From Candidatus Nanopelagicaceae bacterium (GTDB lineage Bacteria > Actinomycetota > Actinomycetes > Nanopelagicales > Nanopelagicaceae): a DNA stretch of 64,000 nt. A program made the translations under genes and the position numbers. Under the pieces are notes generated by a model. That model had not been told where the DNA came from and made no database searches. It saw nothing but the letters and a program-made list of their open reading frames with translations. The stretch spans positions 14,913 to 78,912 of the forward strand of contig CANHNH010000001.1 of NCBI GenBank assembly GCA_947461995.1, given 5' to 3'. Position 1 is the first letter of the stretch, and each line of letters starts with the position of its first letter. Shown piece by piece: positions 60,873 through 64,000 of this stretch.

Positions 60873-61891
60873 TTAAACGCACCTGCCTTCCGGTTCTTGG
60901 TGTACAGAGCTTTCCATTGATTGAACTCTGTAATATTGGAAGTAAATCTTGTATCTCCAGGTGCAACTGTAATGAAAAAGAGCCAGTCCCCGTCAGCTGG
61001 ATTAATCGCAGCTTTTATCGCGTCCAACCCAGGGTTACCGATGGGACCGGGTGGTAAACCGTATTTTCGATAGGTATTAAAAGGTGACTTTAAAAGGGTT
61101 GATTGTGTACTTAAAAAAACGCTACCGCGCACTTGCTTCACATAATGCACCGTTGAGTCCATTTGTAAGGGCATGCCAGATTTCAATCTATTTCGAATAA
61201 CCCGAGATATTTTTGAGAAGTCCTCTATGTTGCCCTCCGCTTGGATTATTGAAGCCACAATAATTAACTCTTGGGCTTTTAATTTAGGATCATTCGAAAG
61301 TTCCAAATTTGTCACTTGATTCACAAAGCGCTTAATCATTGATTCAAGGGCTTGTTTTGCAGAAGTTTCTTTCGTGAAACTATATTGAGCCGGATAGAGC
61401 ACCCCTTCAAGAGAAGAAAAACCTTGAGGTAATTGGACTTCCTTTACGGCTTTTAATATGTCAGTCCGCACAAAGCCGTTCTGCTCCAACAACTTGAATA
61501 TTTCCGTATTCCAGGCGCCTTCAAAAATCTTAATTAAGTTTGGAATTCTGGTGGGATCTAATAACTGCTCTAAAGCTTGTTTCGCAGAGATATTGATATT
61601 AAGTTGGTGAATACCAGGAGCAATTCTGGATGCTCTCTCATCGCTCACCGCCACTTTAAAAAAACTGTGTGAGGATTCAATGATGCCAAGTTCGAATAGT
61701 TGCTGTGCTATCTCTGATCCGGTTGAACCTTGGGAAACGTTAACATCGATAAGAAGCTCAGATGTTGCCACGATACGAGTTGGGAAATCCGCAGTGCTTG
61801 AACTATTAGAACGAAACTGATGAACAGATATGGTGAATACTGCTATCACTAAGAGAGCAATTGCCACCCTTACTATTTCACTCTTTTTCAT
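60869..61891 (-). CDS. mltG: Endolytic transglycosylase
   Basis: N-terminal TM, LEGVLYP, ASIIQAE, LQMDST, SPFNTY..GLPPGPI. Confidence 0.94.
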   Translation of the reverse strand: MKKSEIVRVAIALLVIAVFTISVHQFRSNSSSTADFPTRIVATSELLIDVNVSQGSTGSEIAQQLFELGIIESSHSFFKVAVSDERASRIAPGIHQLNINISAKQALEQLLDPTRIPNLIKIFEGAWNTEIFKLLEQNGFVRTDILKAVKEVQLPQGFSSLEGVLYPAQYSFTKETSAKQALESMIKRFVNQVTNLELSNDPKLKAQELIIVASIIQAEGNIEDFSKISRVIRNRLKSGMPLQMDSTVHYVKQVRGSVFLSTQSTLLKSPFNTYRKYGLPPGPIGNPGLDAIKAAINPADGDWLFFITVAPGDTRFTSNITEFNQWKALYTKNRKAGAFN

Positions 61892-62318
61892 TAACAGATT
61901 TTCTCTTTTCAATAGCGAGAGCCTGTTCTAAAATCCCAACCGCAGATGCCTGATCGATTGCTGCCTTACTCTCACGGGTGCTCATGCCCGATTCTTTTAA
62001 TTGTCGTGCCGCGCTCACAGTGGAAAGTCTTTCATCAATCAGTGTGCACTCTATGTTGGTACGACTAAGTATTTCATTCTTAAACTCTTCAGCTTTTTGC
62101 TGTGATGCACCGGGTTGACCAGATAGATGTTTTGGCGATCCAATGTAGATATGAATCGGTTCATACTCTTGCACCAAGGCAATTATCTGATCCCACACTT
62201 CTGAATCTTTATTCTTTAAAGTAGTGACCGGAGATGCAAGAATTCCATCTGGATCACACACCGCAACGCCAATGCGTACGTCACCATAATCAAAGGCCAT
62301 GCGTCGCCCTCGAAGCAT
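61878..62318 (-). CDS. ruvX: Pre-16S rRNA nuclease / Holliday junction resolvase-like YqgF
   Basis: FDYGDVRIGVA, DERLST, IDQASA. Confidence 0.95.
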   Translation of the reverse strand: MLRGRRMAFDYGDVRIGVAVCDPDGILASPVTTLKNKDSEVWDQIIALVQEYEPIHIYIGSPKHLSGQPGASQQKAEEFKNEILSRTNIECTLIDERLSTVSAARQLKESGMSTRESKAAIDQASAVGILEQALAIEKRKSVNEKE

Positions 62319-62319
62319 C

Positions 62320-64000
62320 TTATTTTCCAGAAATAGCGTGTTCGATTACTGAAAGCGCTTCCTTGATTTTTGAGATATCTACACCGCCACCTTGTGCGAA
62401 ATCATCTTTACCACCGCCACCGCCGCCTAATACTGCTGAACCTAGTTTTACCAAAGCACCTGCCTTCACACCTTCGGTACGGGCTTCTTCGCTAGTTGCT
62501 ACAACCAAAACAGGTTTCGATTCGACAACACTTACTAGGACTACAACGCTTGCAGGTGTTTTGGAACGAAGATCCAACGCGATAGTTCGCAGATTTTCAC
62601 TATTGATTCCATCAGATATTTGAGCTGAAATCAGCGCTAACGAACCAATTTCCTTTTTAACCTTTAGCAGCTCAGCGCTCTTGGCAAGTGCTGCATCGGT
62701 GCGAAGAGATGCTAATTCTTTTTCAATATCCTTAACCTTGGTAATGAGGTCAGTAATGCGTTCTGGCAACTCTTCTACGCGTGCACCTTTGATAATTTCT
62801 GTTAGTGAACCAAGTAGAACATGTTCGCGAGCTAAGAATTTGTAAGCGTCAGCTCCAACAAGTGCTTCTACACGTCGTACACCCGCTCCGATAGAGGATT
62901 CACTTAATAACTTAATCAAACCAAGTTGCCCAGAGCGCGCTACGTGAGTTCCGCCGCATAATTCTCTAGCCCAATCTCCTACGCTGACCACGCGTACTTG
63001 ATCGCCATATTTTTCACCGAAGAGAGCCATCGCACCCATTTTTTTAGCATCTGCTTGGCTCATAACTTCTGCACTGACTTCGAGATTATCCAATAGCAAT
63101 GTATTCACTCGTGATTCAACATCATTTAATACCGAGTCTGGAACCGCGCCTGTTGCAGGAAAATCAAATCGAAAGCGTCCAGGTGAGTTTTCAGATCCTG
63201 CTTGTGTTGCAGTTTCTCCGAGAATTTCCCTAAATGCTTTATGAACCATATGCGTAGCAGTATGAGCACGAGAAATTGCGCTGCGTCGCTCAACGTCAAT
63301 CTGCGCTAACACGCCGGCTCCAGCTTCTACGGCGCCACTTCGAACTCGTCCACGGTGAACGCTAATTCCCGGAACAGGAGTTTGCACATCGTCGATTTCA
63401 ATAATTGCCCCATTGGCCAATGTGATTAATCCACCATCGGCTAACTGGCCACCACCTTCTGCATAAAATGGAGTTCTGTCCAAAATTACTTCGATTTCAT
63501 CTCCGGATTTTGCCGATTGCACTGCCAGGCCGTCATTTACCAAAGCCTTTATAACTGACTCGCTTTCCAGGTGCGTGTAGCCAATAAAGGAAGTTAGACC
63601 ATGAGAATCTGCGATTGTTCGATACACACTGACATCTGTGTGGCCACTCTTCTTCGCCTTCGAGTCCGCTTTCGCACGATCTCGTTGCTCCTTCATTAAA
63701 CGACGAAAACCATCTTCGTCAACTTCTAGGCCCTCTTCACGAGCCATTTCAAGTGTCAGATCAAATGGGAAACCGTAAGTGTCATGCAATTTAAATGCTG
63801 CATCTCCAGAAATTGTGACGCCTTTGCTCTTCTTAATTGATGCGCTTTCAACTTCAAAAATAGTTGTACCGCTCTTTAATGTTTGCAAGAAAGTATCTTC
63901 TTCAGATTTTGTTACTGACAAAATTCGATCACTCTCAGTTTTTAACTCTGGATACTGTGGAGACATAGCCGCAATAGCTACCAGTGTTAATTCACCCATG
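62320..64000 (-). CDS. alaS: Alanine--tRNA ligase (3' part; 5' end beyond the window)
   Basis: LHDTYGFP, TPFYAEGGGQ, HTATH, ELCGGTH, GGGGGK..AQGG. Confidence 0.97.
   Translation of the reverse strand, partial: MGELTLVAIAAMSPQYPELKTESDRILSVTKSEEDTFLQTLKSGTTIFEVESASIKKSKGVTISGDAAFKLHDTYGFPFDLTLEMAREEGLEVDEDGFRRLMKEQRDRAKADSKAKKSGHTDVSVYRTIADSHGLTSFIGYTHLESESVIKALVNDGLAVQSAKSGDEIEVILDRTPFYAEGGGQLADGGLITLANGAIIEIDDVQTPVPGISVHRGRVRSGAVEAGAGVLAQIDVERRSAISRAHTATHMVHKAFREILGETATQAGSENSPGRFRFDFPATGAVPDSVLNDVESRVNTLLLDNLEVSAEVMSQADAKKMGAMALFGEKYGDQVRVVSVGDWARELCGGTHVARSGQLGLIKLLSESSIGAGVRRVEALVGADAYKFLAREHVLLGSLTEIIKGARVEELPERITDLITKVKDIEKELASLRTDAALAKSAELLKVKKEIGSLALISAQISDGINSENLRTIALDLRSKTPASVVVLVSVVESKPVLVVATSEEARTEGVKAGALVKLGSAVLGGGGGGKDDFAQGGGVDISKIKEALSVIEHAISGK

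Overview
Almost entirely core chromosome of a genome-streamlined, low-GC actinobacterium. Gene content, very short spacers and synteny suggest the freshwater acI lineage (Ca. Nanopelagicales / Planktophila-like); this is an inference. In order: cmk-der fusion, pgsA2-gcvH-garA-ftsR-DUF151-MerR-gcvP; ppm1-lnt-FEN-helY-DAGK-tatCA-pafCB-trmI; a RecB-family nuclease; the mshC/SCO1664/DUF3090/phosphomutase cluster; tRNA-Leu(GAG); a salvage/accessory patch (apt, O-acyltransferase, tdk, adh, DUF554, YczE, NCS2 permease, ung); serB, hisGE, rpe, rsmB, fmt, def, priA, metK, coaBC, rpoZ; a mIHF-guanylate kinase fusion; the pyr operon with a PyrR site; bldD, nusB, efp, aro genes, mltG, ruvX and partial alaS. 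I saw no mobile element, CRISPR array or prophage. Most notable: (1) a single ORF fusing nucleoid protein mIHF to Gmk; (2) a structured, riboswitch-like leader with alternative folds over the RBS of a purine permease; (3) a BldD orthologue with an intact RxD-X8-RxxD c-di-GMP signature; (4) pafBC abutting trmI with the Pup-proteasome block absent; (5) two FtsR-like operators; (6) many apparent leaderless TANNNT-N6-start promoters. All product calls come from motif recognition and synteny, not database searches.
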